Positions 30,448 to 42,100 of a DNA stretch of 64,000 bases are shown piece by piece (positions within the stretch are counted from its first letter, which is position 1; every line of letters begins with the position of its first letter). The stretch is taken from NCBI GenBank assembly GCA_963744145.1, contig CAVUSO010000001.1, positions 6,624,001 to 6,688,000 of the forward strand. Reading direction: 5' to 3'. Position numbers and translations under genes: made by a program. The notes beneath the pieces were generated by a model. That model searched no databases. It was given only the letters and a program-made list of their open reading frames with translations, and was not told the DNA's origin. This DNA is from an uncultured cyanobacterium. Its GTDB lineage: Bacteria > Cyanobacteriota > Cyanobacteriia > Cyanobacteriales > CAWUOF01.

Positions 30448-33400
30448 TTATGGATAACTTTTGAGCCACTGACAACGATTATAGCGCCATGCTAATGCTT
30501 CTTCATTTGGATGTAACTCTAATTTAGTAGGTAAACTTAATCGAGTACCATTTAATTGATAATAGATGGTTTCCTGGAGTTGGGGAGAAACTGTTATTTC
30601 CTTAGTTTTGGGGTGAATAGCAATTAGATCGCGATCGAAAAGTGTATGAATATCGCTGCGAAGCAATAAGCCATTTGAGACTTCATTGGTATGTTTGCCA
30701 TTGTATGGTTTAATATGAGCAGCTTCTAGTGCTTCACCTGCATTTGTTTTGGTAATTGCACATTCTTTGTTGTAAGCATCAAGCAATTCTTGGCGGAATT
30801 TAGCTTGTCCTTGTCTTTGATTAAGAGCTTTTTTGATTTCTTTAATTGCGATCGCGAAGTGAGAAGATTGTTCATCTGGATCTGCCCAGGAAGTATTTAA
30901 TCCAAGTTCGGACAATCCTGCTTGCATTTCCTGAATTTTTTGTTCGGAAATATTACCTTTGATGGCAAATTCGATCAATAAAGAAACCTGGAAATTGATA
31001 TTGTTGATTAGAGTCAAGATCACCTTGGAATAAAAAGTCATCCATTTTTGAGGAATAACTTTTCCTCTCCATCCGAATGATGATATTTCGATCGCTAAAT
31101 CATTGCTCAATTCTAATTCTGCTAAAGCTATTCTGGTCTGATTAATAGTTGTTTCTTCAATATTTCCTATCACCAATATATTCACTTCTAAGGTTAAATT
31201 AACATTTTTGTCACTACTGGATAATTTACTAAGAACTTTGGTGTAGAAATTCATCCACTTCTGAGGACTAATTTCACCAATCCATTTCAATTCTTTAGGT
31301 GGGAGTTCTTGATGATCAGGTACTTGATAAGTTGTGGGATTTTCTTCGGTTCTTAAATTATTAAAAGATTTTACAGCAAATTCAGCGATCGCGCTAATTG
31401 TTTCTACTGTTGCTGTGACTGTGAAATTTCCCTCATCTTCTCCAACGGTAAGAACACCATTCGGTTCAATCTTACCACCTGTAGTAGTCCACTGGATTTC
31501 ACTAATCGCAATTTCTTGGTCATGCTGATCGCGTCCCCGTGCAGTAAAGGTTTGTTTTTTACCCGGTTCGAGTTGTAATTTGGTTGGTGAAATTATCAAG
31601 GTACTCAACCTAGGAGGATCGGTAATACGTTGCAGATAAGCTTCAGCTACTTCTGCTTTAATAATAAACAAATCCTCAGAAATCTCGATTTGGTTAGCTG
31701 CTAAATCTGTTTTAAACTCAAATGGTTCATAGCGATCGCCCGCTGCTTTACCAACTAATGCTAAAATGCCATCTTTAACACCACGAGCGATCACATCTTT
31801 GACTACATCCCCTTTCAATAGTCGGGGAAATACAGGTGAAGCAAAGAATACATCCCGTACAGATTTGGTACTCCACTCCTGAAAAGCACCAGACCAATTG
31901 CGAACTAAAAAGCGCGGACTAACTACATCTACTACATCACCATCGACACGCAAGCGATTGATAATTAATTCTACAATTGATTTAGCAGAACTGGAGGTAA
32001 TTAAACCCAAATCAACGACCTGTAACTGATTATTTTTACCTAGTAACGCAATATATTTATAAGAGCGCCATACTGATTCAATTAAATCGCGTTGTGCTTT
32101 TTTCAAGTTTTCGGATAATTGCTTTTTCTGAGTCTCTTCTAAATTAGTTTCCTCATCCCGAATGTCTTCCCATGCTAACATCTTGCGAGCTTCTTCGCGC
32201 AATTGAATATCTGAGTCTGCGATCGCGAAAATTAGCGCACTCTTAAAGGTTCGGGCTGAAGCACCTGACTCGCGAATCATTGACTCCACTAGCTTTAGGG
32301 TACTTTCATCTTGTTTAGAATGGGTAGGAGCCATCACCGCTAAAGTCAGTATAGCTTGATTGGGAATATTGTTAGGTTTACCCTGAGCGTTCCCTGAGCG
32401 CGTACCCTGAGCGTAGTCGAAGGGTTCAGGAAAACAAATAACCTGAATTCCCTGATTAGTAACAAATAACTTTTGAATTTCGGTGTGAATTCGCTCATCA
32501 ATACGATTTCTTTCTACATTAGCGCGACGATCTGCTAGAATTTTGTTGAGGTTTGGATAGAGACTGAATCGATATTTTGTTTTCTCAACAGTTAAGTAAT
32601 AGCAATCGCTGGTGAGAGATTCCAAAACCGTTTCTACATTGCCAATATCTACATTTGGCTCACCTACAGCCAGTCGAATTTCTGGTACAGTTGTCTCTAT
32701 GCGGGTACAGCCACCATTAGACTCAAAAAAGATAGTCGTTGCAACTTTGCGATGTAACCTTGATTTTTTAATATCTTCTGTAGCTTCAGCATCAAGACGA
32801 ATCGAGTGAGCGTCTTTTTTACCACATATATCAGTAGTAACTGGTCCTTCTAGGCGATCGTTTCCCAGTTGATCGAATACTGCTGCTCGAAATGATAAGT
32901 TATCTAGGGGTGCAGTTCCTAATCCAATTAGTGCATCACGATGATTACCTTTGTATCCTTCTTGATAAGCAATTGATACCCATAAAGCTAAGAGACGCAA
33001 GACACCCCTAGTGCGTTGAAATCGAGGTAAAGTCTGCCATTTCCGTTCAAATACCGATAGCACTGTGGGATGAAAAGGATAAGTCGCAATAAAAGCTTCC
33101 CGTGCATTTTCAATTGGGAAACTAGGTAACTGTTGCTTGTGTTCAATTACCCAATCTGCATATTCATTACAAGTAGCAACAGCATCTTTAGGCAGAATGA
33201 TTTTACCTTCAACTGTCACCGCATTGGCAGTCCATTCAAATAAGCGACGGCGGATAATTTCTGATGTCTCAGATTCGGCAGACATCAGAATTGCCTTACC
33301 TAATCTGTCTAGTAATTTTTTGAAACGCTGTTCGTCGCCTTCATCAACCGCATTATATTCCATCTCTGAAGCGGGAATAGATACTACTAAAACGACGTTT

Positions 33401-34119
33401 TTCTCTCCTCTGGCAGTTTCTGAAAGTGCTTGAATGAAGTTATAAAGGCGATCGCCATAGCCTTTTTTGCGATAAGTGCTGACATAGTTGATAATCTCGT
33501 CTAACAGGATCAAACACGGCTGATCTTTAGGCAAAAACTGGCGAATCACATCACCTTTGGGTTCAATAAATTGTTTTTCGTGTTCGGCTACTATATTAAA
33601 AGCTGTTTCGCCACCTAATTGATAGGCAATTTCACCCCAAGGTGTTTTTCGCAGAGGAGTACCGTCATTACCACCACGTCCAGTGATCGAGTCAAATTCA
33701 GTACCAACAAACACAGCTACAGCAGCTTCGGGGATGGAGGAAATACCTGCTTGACTTAAGATTTTATTGACTCCCACCCAGTTATTAGCAGCAGTACCAT
33801 TTTTAGCTAAGTGATAGAGTAGAGTTAATGCGTGAGTTTTACCACCGCCAAATTGGGTGGAAAGATTGAATATAGCTGAAGTTTCTGTTGTTTCTCCAGA
33901 AAGTCGTCTGACTACTTGAGCCGCGAGGTCTATTAAATATTTGGTTAGATAAGTGCGATCGAAAAATCTTTCTGGTTCTTGATAGTCAGCAGGCGCTCTT
34001 TGATCTCGCACTTGGTCGAGATGCACCGCAAATTCAGAAGCATCTAAAGGTTTACCTTCACGCAAGTCTTCGCGAGGGATAAGTCCTTCAATTTTATACC
34101 AAGGTTTGAGTCCTGCCAC
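30448..34119 (-). CDS. DUF499 ATPase with Ig-like domain, duplicated C-terminal module and HNH endonuclease
   Basis: TQFGGGKTH Walker A, LILLDE Walker B, YPFHP, FQRTRGVLRL; C-terminal RQGQAKFR...CAIT...LEAAHI...NGLLLRSDIHTLFD. Confidence 0.88.
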   Translation of the reverse strand: MAGLKPWYKIEGLIPREDLREGKPLDASEFAVHLDQVRDQRAPADYQEPERFFDRTYLTKYLIDLAAQVVRRLSGETTETSAIFNLSTQFGGGKTHALTLLYHLAKNGTAANNWVGVNKILSQAGISSIPEAAVAVFVGTEFDSITGRGGNDGTPLRKTPWGEIAYQLGGETAFNIVAEHEKQFIEPKGDVIRQFLPKDQPCLILLDEIINYVSTYRKKGYGDRLYNFIQALSETARGEKNVVLVVSIPASEMEYNAVDEGDEQRFKKLLDRLGKAILMSAESETSEIIRRRLFEWTANAVTVEGKIILPKDAVATCNEYADWVIEHKQQLPSFPIENAREAFIATYPFHPTVLSVFERKWQTLPRFQRTRGVLRLLALWVSIAYQEGYKGNHRDALIGLGTAPLDNLSFRAAVFDQLGNDRLEGPVTTDICGKKDAHSIRLDAEATEDIKKSRLHRKVATTIFFESNGGCTRIETTVPEIRLAVGEPNVDIGNVETVLESLTSDCYYLTVEKTKYRFSLYPNLNKILADRRANVERNRIDERIHTEIQKLFVTNQGIQVICFPEPFDYAQGTRSGNAQGKPNNIPNQAILTLAVMAPTHSKQDESTLKLVESMIRESGASARTFKSALIFAIADSDIQLREEARKMLAWEDIRDEETNLEETQKKQLSENLKKAQRDLIESVWRSYKYIALLGKNNQLQVVDLGLITSSSAKSIVELIINRLRVDGDVVDVVSPRFLVRNWSGAFQEWSTKSVRDVFFASPVFPRLLKGDVVKDVIARGVKDGILALVGKAAGDRYEPFEFKTDLAANQIEISEDLFIIKAEVAEAYLQRITDPPRLSTLIISPTKLQLEPGKKQTFTARGRDQHDQEIAISEIQWTTTGGKIEPNGVLTVGEDEGNFTVTATVETISAIAEFAVKSFNNLRTEENPTTYQVPDHQELPPKELKWIGEISPQKWMNFYTKVLSKLSSSDKNVNLTLEVNILVIGNIEETTINQTRIALAELELSNDLAIEISSFGWRGKVIPQKWMTFYSKVILTLINNINFQVSLLIEFAIKGNISEQKIQEMQAGLSELGLNTSWADPDEQSSHFAIAIKEIKKALNQRQGQAKFRQELLDAYNKECAITKTNAGEALEAAHIKPYNGKHTNEVSNGLLLRSDIHTLFDRDLIAIHPKTKEITVSPQLQETIYYQLNGTRLSLPTKLELHPNEEALAWRYNRCQWLKSYP

Positions 34120-34139
34120 TATATTAGTCCTTAATATTG

Positions 34140-34270
34140 ATTAGACAAGAAAGCAAAAGTCATGGTGATCAATTTACTGGACAGGCAAGATGCCTGTCCC
34201 ACAAGAGTTTTTTTTGTTGTTGTGGGACAGGCATCTTGCCTGTCCTAGTTATTTTTGCAAGAAGTTTATT
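34140..34270. repeat. MITE-like element with paired GTGGGACAGGCATCTTGCCTGTCC hairpins
   Basis: Two inverted copies at ~34179-34202 and ~34222-34245; further copies at ~39058-39081 and ~42725-42748. Confidence 0.7.
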
Positions 34271-37200
34271 TAGAATCCTAGTCCTTTTTTTCTTGCTAAA
34301 ACTCCATCTACCCAGCGTTTTTCATCGGTGCCTGTGGGATACAATGCCGAGAGTGCCTGGGCTAATGTCCAGAAGCGATTGTCACTTCCTACACCGTCAT
34401 CGACTAAGAAGCGTTTCAGGGCTTCACTGCGTCCAGCAGCAAATAGAATCATGGTTTGGTGGATGCGATCGAGTACAGTTTTACCTTGATTCTCAGTATT
34501 AGTATCGCCCCAATTTTCTACATCTTCATCGGTGGTAATACTTAGTGTATCAAAGAGACTCAATTGCTTTTCGCCTTTTTTCGGGCGTTTGGTGGGGGCT
34601 TTACCTGCGTCTTTGCCGAATAGATAGGGCGATCGCTCTGATACTGGTAGCAGTCGCGCTTTATCTCCCTTTATTTGGACAAGACTGGTAAGCATTTCTA
34701 GGTGTGCGCCAAGTCCCTGAGCAATCTTACGAGCAGCATCGAATTCCAAAATGTAACCGCTCATTTTGGCTGATTTTTTGGAGGTATCCTCATCATCTTC
34801 GTCATCGTTGGTACTATCATTGGGGCTGCTTGCATCAGTTTGCTCAGTACCAGTGGAAAGCGTCCAGAACCACATCGCAGTAAGACGAGCATCTTCTTCA
34901 AAACCTGTAGCATCAGCACCTGAGAAAATCATGCTGAGGGCTTCTTTAGAAACCGCAGCCCAGACATATTCGAGATATTCTTTGAGGGTGACAATTTCGC
35001 CAGAGGCTTTTTCTACGCTGTCATAACGGGAGAAGATTTCTAAAGCAGGACCGAGACAAGCAAATATGGCATCAGCTCCAACTACACCTTCACTAGCAAG
35101 TCTGGGCATCCAGTCGTGAATACATTGGGGGAGTTGTTGCAATACATCCCGCCAGTCGCCTATTTCTTTAGTGCTGCGGGGACGACAAACTATATGAACG
35201 GATGAGGCGAGGGAAGCTGTACCCATTGCGTTCATTCTGCTACCCATTTCGGTATCTATTGACCATGACCCTGTAATTGTCCAACCTGCATCTACCATTG
35301 CTTGTAATTGTGCTTCCCAACCTGATGTAGATTTATGGGCAAAGACAATTACACCAATACCATTAGAAGATAAAATTCGACATCCCTCTGCCATTGCTTT
35401 ACCCATTTGCCTTTCAAAATAGGCTTTATCTTTTCCTCTATTTAGATCAACAATACATTCTTCTTCTTTTGGAGTTAATTCATCTTCAAAAGAGATTCCG
35501 ATAAATTTGGGTAAAGTTCTCTTTAGCCACACATAAAAAAAATCAGATAGATCTGAATATTCAATACTATCGAAATATGGAGGATCACTAATAAATGCTT
35601 GAATAAAATCATCTGGTAGGGGGTGAGTAGCGGCTGAACTTCTTTCTATGGAAGCAACAGGGTAGACGATTGTACTTTCTCGCTCTAAAACTTCCAGAAC
35701 ATTTTTCATTGTCACGCTATAGTCACCGGCTGCATTAGAAACAGGTGAAGTCTCGGCAAAGTCCCAAGCCATTGGAATTGCTTGCCTTGTGAATAAGTGA
35801 CCAATTCGATCCATTGAGGTTTGCCAAGTTACCAAAGAACACATAACATCAGCAATTTTGCTCACTCCAATACTCAAAACTGTTTGAACAGCGATCGCCA
35901 ATCCTTGATCACTATCAGCTAATTTTTTTCCTACTTTTTGCACTAATCTTGTTAATGTCGTTAAAGCTAAAGATTGACGAGATGTAAATAAATTTCCGAA
36001 TTGATTTATTCCATAAGACTCTAAACGAAAACTTCTACCTTGAGGCGGTACTGACTCATCAGGAACTAAGCTTAATACTCCCTTATGTTCGCCTTTCCGT
36101 TTTTCTAACTCTTGTTTAGCCCTAATTACAGCCTTTAAATCCTGCTCATTAGGCAACCGATAAAAACGCCCCTGAGTTTCTGTTTTAGTAGTCACCACAC
36201 AAAATAACCGAGCATCATCAGCACCCCCATGACGTGCTTTTAACTGTATTCTTACCGAAGCTACAGGAGTAGTAAAACCACAACAAGGACAAGTCGCCGA
36301 ACCTCTTTTAACAGTGCCATCTAAACTCGGATTTTTGACCTCAATTTCTGGATGATCAATAACTATCCATTTACCTTTTTGCTTTTCAATAATCTCAAAA
36401 TCTATTCGCTTATTTTCTGGTTTAGGAATAATCCGTAAAGCAACAGACCGATTACTTTTTTTCGCTAACCACAGCGATCGCATTAACGGCACTTCTGCTC
36501 CACAACCCGGACCCTCACAAACAATCGTTCGCGCCCATAAATAGGCAATAGGTGTACTTCCATCTGCATCTTTAGGATAAAATTCGCTTAATTCTTTTTC
36601 GGCTTCTTCCTTAACCCACTCTCCCCATTTTCGCACTTCATCCGCTAGGGTTTGACCGTATTTAGGAATATATTCCAACACCACTTTATTTAATAAAACC
36701 GCTACTGGATTCAAGTCAGAAGCAAAAGCATCCGCACCCACCCGCAAAGCTTCTAATGGGATTGAACCACCACCCGCAAAAGGATCAACTACCAGAGGTC
36801 GCGTCCCGATTTCACCACCTAACGCTTCATGAGCAACCTGAGTCAGCGATCGGGCTGTTGTCAAATAATCTGACTGGGTAGAATTATCCCAATTAGCAAA
36901 ATCTGCAATAAAATCTAATAAGCGATCGCGGAGAATATTAAGATGTTGGGAATTCTTAGGATCTATCTGATTTTCCGTTTTGGCTAAAAATTTCCATTTA
37001 CTCCAATTTTCAGGAGAACAATGATTAGCTAAATCCTTATCGATCGCTACTTTTTTAGCAAAATTATTAATAATGCTAGCAGCTTTATCCCGAAAATCTT
37101 GAGGACAATTTTCATCAACCGGATCAATCCATAATGCCGCACAAATCACCGCTCGACACGCTGCTAAAGGTCGCCTTGCCCACCATATATGCAGTGTGGA

Positions 37201-37299
37201 AATATGCCCATGACGAATAGATTTTTCGCGTCTAGCGTGGGCAGAAATGCGCTTGATGGGGAGGTCAATTTCGATTAAACGTTTGGGATATTGTGTCAT
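34270..37299 (-). CDS. DUF1156 adenine-specific DNA methyltransferase
   Basis: HIWWARRPLAACRA, DPFAGGGSIPLEA, SDPPY, CxxC pairs. Confidence 0.9.
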   Translation of the reverse strand: MTQYPKRLIEIDLPIKRISAHARREKSIRHGHISTLHIWWARRPLAACRAVICAALWIDPVDENCPQDFRDKAASIINNFAKKVAIDKDLANHCSPENWSKWKFLAKTENQIDPKNSQHLNILRDRLLDFIADFANWDNSTQSDYLTTARSLTQVAHEALGGEIGTRPLVVDPFAGGGSIPLEALRVGADAFASDLNPVAVLLNKVVLEYIPKYGQTLADEVRKWGEWVKEEAEKELSEFYPKDADGSTPIAYLWARTIVCEGPGCGAEVPLMRSLWLAKKSNRSVALRIIPKPENKRIDFEIIEKQKGKWIVIDHPEIEVKNPSLDGTVKRGSATCPCCGFTTPVASVRIQLKARHGGADDARLFCVVTTKTETQGRFYRLPNEQDLKAVIRAKQELEKRKGEHKGVLSLVPDESVPPQGRSFRLESYGINQFGNLFTSRQSLALTTLTRLVQKVGKKLADSDQGLAIAVQTVLSIGVSKIADVMCSLVTWQTSMDRIGHLFTRQAIPMAWDFAETSPVSNAAGDYSVTMKNVLEVLERESTIVYPVASIERSSAATHPLPDDFIQAFISDPPYFDSIEYSDLSDFFYVWLKRTLPKFIGISFEDELTPKEEECIVDLNRGKDKAYFERQMGKAMAEGCRILSSNGIGVIVFAHKSTSGWEAQLQAMVDAGWTITGSWSIDTEMGSRMNAMGTASLASSVHIVCRPRSTKEIGDWRDVLQQLPQCIHDWMPRLASEGVVGADAIFACLGPALEIFSRYDSVEKASGEIVTLKEYLEYVWAAVSKEALSMIFSGADATGFEEDARLTAMWFWTLSTGTEQTDASSPNDSTNDDEDDEDTSKKSAKMSGYILEFDAARKIAQGLGAHLEMLTSLVQIKGDKARLLPVSERSPYLFGKDAGKAPTKRPKKGEKQLSLFDTLSITTDEDVENWGDTNTENQGKTVLDRIHQTMILFAAGRSEALKRFLVDDGVGSDNRFWTLAQALSALYPTGTDEKRWVDGVLARKKGLGF

Positions 37300-37401
37300 T
37301 TAAGGATAAGTACCGCGATCGAGAAAATAATTATTGCCCTCTGCTGATTGAGGAGCAACACCATATTCAACCACAAGCAGCATTTATTATGAAGTATAGC
37401 A

Positions 37402-37704
37402 GTTTTGTCTGTGGTGTTAGATGGGGTGCGTTCATTTAGGTGATCTGTGGGGTTGGACGGGTTCGTTAATGTTATTTGTGTGTGGCAAGGTTGATGGTGA
37501 ACCCGCCCCTACGAATCCTGGTTTTTGGCGATAAATTCTGATTTTTGGTGATAAATCCTGATTTTTGGCGATCGCTTTGACCAGAAATAACTGGTTTTGT
37601 CTGTGGTGTTAGATGGGGTGCGTTCATTTAGGTGATCTGTGGGGTTGGGCGGGTTCGTTAATGTTATTTGTGTGTGGCAAGGTTGATGGTGAACCCGCCC
37701 CTAC
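37402..37704 (-). repeat. Left REP array (2 units, 192-bp period), inverted relative to the right array
   Basis: GAACCCGCCCCTAC ends at 37512 and 37704; reverse complement of the units at 38312-38993. Confidence 0.92.
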
Positions 37705-37746
37705 AGGTGATATAATGTTCGGCTATTGGATTATTGACCAAAAAAT

Positions 37747-38307
37747 ATGAAATTCAATCCTGATATCCATCATCGACGTTCTATTCGTCTATCTGGATAT
37801 GATTATAGCCAACCAGGTGCATATTTTGTGACAATTTGTATAAGGCAACGTGAGTGTTTATTGGGTGATATTCAAGAGGGGAAGATCCGGTTAAATTGTT
37901 ACGGTGAAGTCGTTAACTTTAATTGGTTTAATCTTCAGAAAGTGTATGCTAATATTGAATTAGATTCTTTTGTGATTATGCCGAATCATATTCATGGAAT
38001 TATCCTGCTCAAAGAGCATAATAAAGATCATAGCTTATCGGAAATTGTGAGAGGTTTAAAAACATTTTCTGCCCGTCGAATTAATCAAATCCGCTTGGTT
38101 AAAGGAATACCTGTATGGCAAAGAGGATATTATGAACATATTATTCGTAATGAGATAGCATTCTCAAAAATTCAAGAATATATTATTAATAATCCGTCTA
38201 AATGGGAAACCGATGAAATGCACCCATCGCAAAAATTTTCCAATTCCCAGAAAATCAATATTAAATTAGATCATAAAAATGTATTATCGATGAATTTATT
38301 ATCATAA
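37747..38307 (+). CDS. REP-associated tyrosine transposase (RAYT/TnpA-REP, HUH Y1)
   Basis: RRSIRLSGYDYSQPGAYFVTIC, VIMPNHIHGI (HUH), WQRGYYEHIIR, YIINNP. Confidence 0.92.
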   Translation: MKFNPDIHHRRSIRLSGYDYSQPGAYFVTICIRQRECLLGDIQEGKIRLNCYGEVVNFNWFNLQKVYANIELDSFVIMPNHIHGIILLKEHNKDHSLSEIVRGLKTFSARRINQIRLVKGIPVWQRGYYEHIIRNEIAFSKIQEYIINNPSKWETDEMHPSQKFSNSQKINIKLDHKNVLSMNLLS

Positions 38308-38311
38308 TAAA

Positions 38312-38993
38312 CCAGGATTCGTAGGGGCGGGTTCACCATCAACCTTGCCACACACAAATAACATTAACGAACCCGCCCAACCCCACAGATCACCTAAATG
38401 AACGCACCCCATCTAACACCACAGACAAAACCAGTTATTTCTAGTCAAAGCGATCGCCAAAAATCAGGATTTATCACCAAAAATCAGAATTTATCGCCAA
38501 AAACCAGGATTCGTAGGGGCGGGTTCACCATCAACCTTGCCACACACAAATAACATTAACGAACCCGCCCAACCCCACAGATCACCTCAATGAACGCACC
38601 CCATCGAACACCACAGACAAAACCAGCTATTTCTGGTCAAAGCGATCGCCAAAAATCAGAATTTATCGCCAAAAATCAGGATTCGTAGGGGCGGGTTCAC
38701 CACCAACCTTGCCACACACAAATAACATTAACGAACCCGCCCAACCCCACAGATCACCTAAATGAACGCACCCCATCTAACACCACAGACAAAACCAGTT
38801 ATTTCTGGTCAAAGCGATCGCCAAAAATCAGGATTTATCGCCAAAAATCAGGATTCGTAGGGGCGGGTTCACCATCAACTTTGCCACACACAAATAACAT
38901 TAACGAACCCGCCCAACCCCACAGATCACCTAAATGAACGCACCCCATCGGACACCACAGACAAAACCAGTTATTTTTGGTCAAAGCGATCGC
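38312..38993 (+). repeat. Right REP array (4 units, periods 192/172/172 bp)
   Basis: GTAGGGGCGGGTTCACC starts at 38321, 38513, 38685 and 38857; each pairs with a downstream GAACCCGCCC. Confidence 0.95.
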
Positions 38994-39115
38994 CATAAAA
39001 CCATCTCAATTCCCAGGATTTTTCTAATAGCGATCGCGATGATATTTTTTGATCTTTGTGGGACAGGCATCTTGCCTGTCCTATTTATTTTTGCTTTCTT
39101 GTCTAATAGGTATAA

Positions 39116-42100
39116 TCAAATTTGATTAACCCCCAAAATTTTCTCTGCATTAATGTGATAATGTTCAATTTTTACTAGAGCTTCCCACCCCAATTCCACA
39201 GGATCTTGGATTGGATGCAATTCTGGATTAGAAGCGCAGTTAAAGACTACATATAGCCAGTAATCTTTCTTGAGACGTTCTGCCGTTTTGTACTCATTAG
39301 TAGTAAGTGCTACTTGTCCTACCTCTGACCGTCCCTTCACTTCAATAAACCGCACGGAAATAGCTGTATTTGGATCTTCAGGATGGAATTTACGAGAAAT
39401 GAGATCAAACCCGCGATTCTCCGACTCAACACTTTCCACCACCCATCCGCGAGACATTTCGTAGACAATAACTGTCTCTATTGCTATTCGTTCAATTTCA
39501 TCATTGCTGACAATAGATACAATTTCAGGCGATGTGCGTTCTGGATGAGGTAAAACCCAGGCACGTCCATGATGTTGAATATCAGCGATCGTACAACTGC
39601 GCTCTTTTTGAAGTTCCTCGTGCCGCGTTTCTAAGCGCCCATTTAGTTCAAACAAACGGTCTTCTATTTGCTTAATCCGACCATCTAAACCAGATTCCTT
39701 AGAACCAGATTCTTTTTGCGTCATCAGTTCGGCAAATTGACATTGAACTCGATCAATAATTGCATTAAGACTAATTTCTAAGTGATGCTTAATAGTTTCT
39801 ATCTCTTTTTCTCGCTGTGCCTTAGTTTCTATTAAGAATGGCTGCAATGCTTGTTCAATTAACACTTGTTCTACTTGCGATCGCCCAGGTAATACGGAAT
39901 CATCAGGGAGTTCTTTTCCCTGGGGTGCTAATACCAAATCCAAGAAAATAGTCGGTTGACGCACGGTAATAGTTCTGTCCATGTCAGTTTGCACCACAAA
40001 CAATCGCTTGTGCAGAGTGCGCCCACTTCCATCAGCGATCGCAGCAGAAAACACATCCAACCTAGCAGAATATTGGCGATATAGATCATAAAACACCGCA
40101 CCTCGCTGCAAATCATCGCGCACTAATTCCAGCACTTGTTCTCGCACACACTCAAATAAAGGATGTCCCGGTGTCACCCACTCCAAAGTCGGATCATCTT
40201 TCAGCAATTCTCGATTAAATGCAATCCGCTTATACTCCCGTCCTAATTTACCGTAACGAGATTCGAGCCGATCGCCAACAGACCAAAGGGTGCGGGGTAA
40301 TTTACCAATCCGATAGATCCGATCACCCTTACTCGTTTCTTTGGGATGAATACCAGTGATGGGTGCAGATTGAGTAAAGAAATCCTCGATCGCTTCTGGT
40401 ACTAAGCGTTTTTCTTTAGCTTCAGCTGATTTACCTACGATCGCAGATAAATTAAGTTCTCGTTTGGCTAACCCTTCCAAAGCAGAATTAGTAATCCGAC
40501 GAAAACTTTGCACATCTACCTGCTCAATAATACGGTTTTTAATGACATCTTCAGTAAGATTGCGAGCGTACATATCCCGAATCATCCGCTCTAACTGATT
40601 AGCGGGGAAAATATCACCCAAAACGTTGAAAATTTTGCCCGTGTTTTCTGGGTCTAAATCGGTTTCAATTGCTTGCAATCGCTCGAACAATTTCCACAGT
40701 ACCCGTCCTTCGCGGGTGTTAGTAGAAACAAAGTTAAAGATTAAACAATCCTTTTCCTGACCGTAGCGATGAATCCGACCCATACGTTGTTCTAAACGCA
40801 CAGGATTCCAAGGAATATCATAGTTAATCATCAGCCAGCAAAATTGCAAATTAATACCTTCTCCTGCTGCTTCAGTAGCTACTAAAATCTGACAGTCTTC
40901 TCGAAACTCCCGCTCGGCATAAATCCGAGTATTAGGTGTATCGCGATCGCCAATTTTCATTCCCCCGTGAATTTGAGTAACGGACAATCCCCAATTTCTA
41001 AGTTTACCTACCAAATAATCAAGGGTATCTTTGTGTTCGGTGAAAATCAGCAACTTCATTTTCGGGTCTTTGAAGATGCCTTCTTGAGTAATAACTTCCT
41101 TAAGTTTGACTAATTTAGATTCAATTTCGCGACATTCGAGTTGTTGAGCTTCAGCAATTAGTTTAGTCAATTGAATCAATTCATCACGCAAATCATTAGG
41201 ATTAATTGAAGCAACAACAGATTCAAGGTTGCCAATAATTTTTTGCTGTTCTTCTTCCGTCAGTTCTTCAAAATCATCGGGCAATTTCTTATTAATCTGT
41301 TCTTGACGATAAACTTGGGGATCATCTACAATCCTTTGGCGTTTTTCCTGCATCCGTTCCAGACTGCGACGCACAGCATAAACACTCGAAGCAAAGCGCC
41401 TTTGTAGCATTGCCATTGTGAACCCCAGAGCGCGACCTCTCGCCGAATCATCCTCAGCAGCTTTGATCGATTGATCTTCAACATAATGGGTTAGATCATC
41501 GTAAAAATCTAACTCTTCGTCATCAATTTGGAAATCAATTGTTTCTACTTTCCGCGTAGTGAATAGCTTTTTAACTTGTCCCGTTTCTGGATCTGGGAAG
41601 GTAACAAGAGCCTCTTTAGTACGCCGTAAATAAAATGGAGCGACATGGCGACGCATGGCTTCCTCTAAACTTTTGATATCTCCATAAATATCGCGATCGA
41701 GAAGTTCAAGAAATAAACAAAAGTTAGCTGGGTCACCTTTGTGGGGAGTAGCAGTCATTAATAAGTAATGGTCTGTCATCTCCGATAGTCTTTCTCCCAG
41801 TTGGTAGGCTAGAGTTTTTTTATCAGCACTGTAAGCACTCATCTTGTGAGCTTCATCTACAATCACCAAATCCCATTCCGAACGCAGCAAACTTTCTTTA
41901 GCATCGGATATGCGAGACACCCAAGAGACGGAGGTAATCACTTGGTTTTTTTCTTGCCAGGGGTTCGTGCCATAGTTAGCTCGTAGCACATCTCCCCGAA
42001 CTATCTCGAAATCTTCACGAAACTTTTCCTTCAGCTCCCGTTGCCACTGAAAAGTTAGATTAGCAGGAGCAACAATCAAAACGCGCTTGACCAATCCCCG

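Noticed and set aside
34137..34502. 121-aa ORF and the similar 38934-39125 ORF (CGTGILPVL)
   Set aside because: These are translations of the palindromic repeat.
38312..38993. Possible CRISPR array
   Set aside because: Whole 172-192 bp units are repeated, there are no unique spacers and no cas genes; it fits a REP array beside a RAYT.
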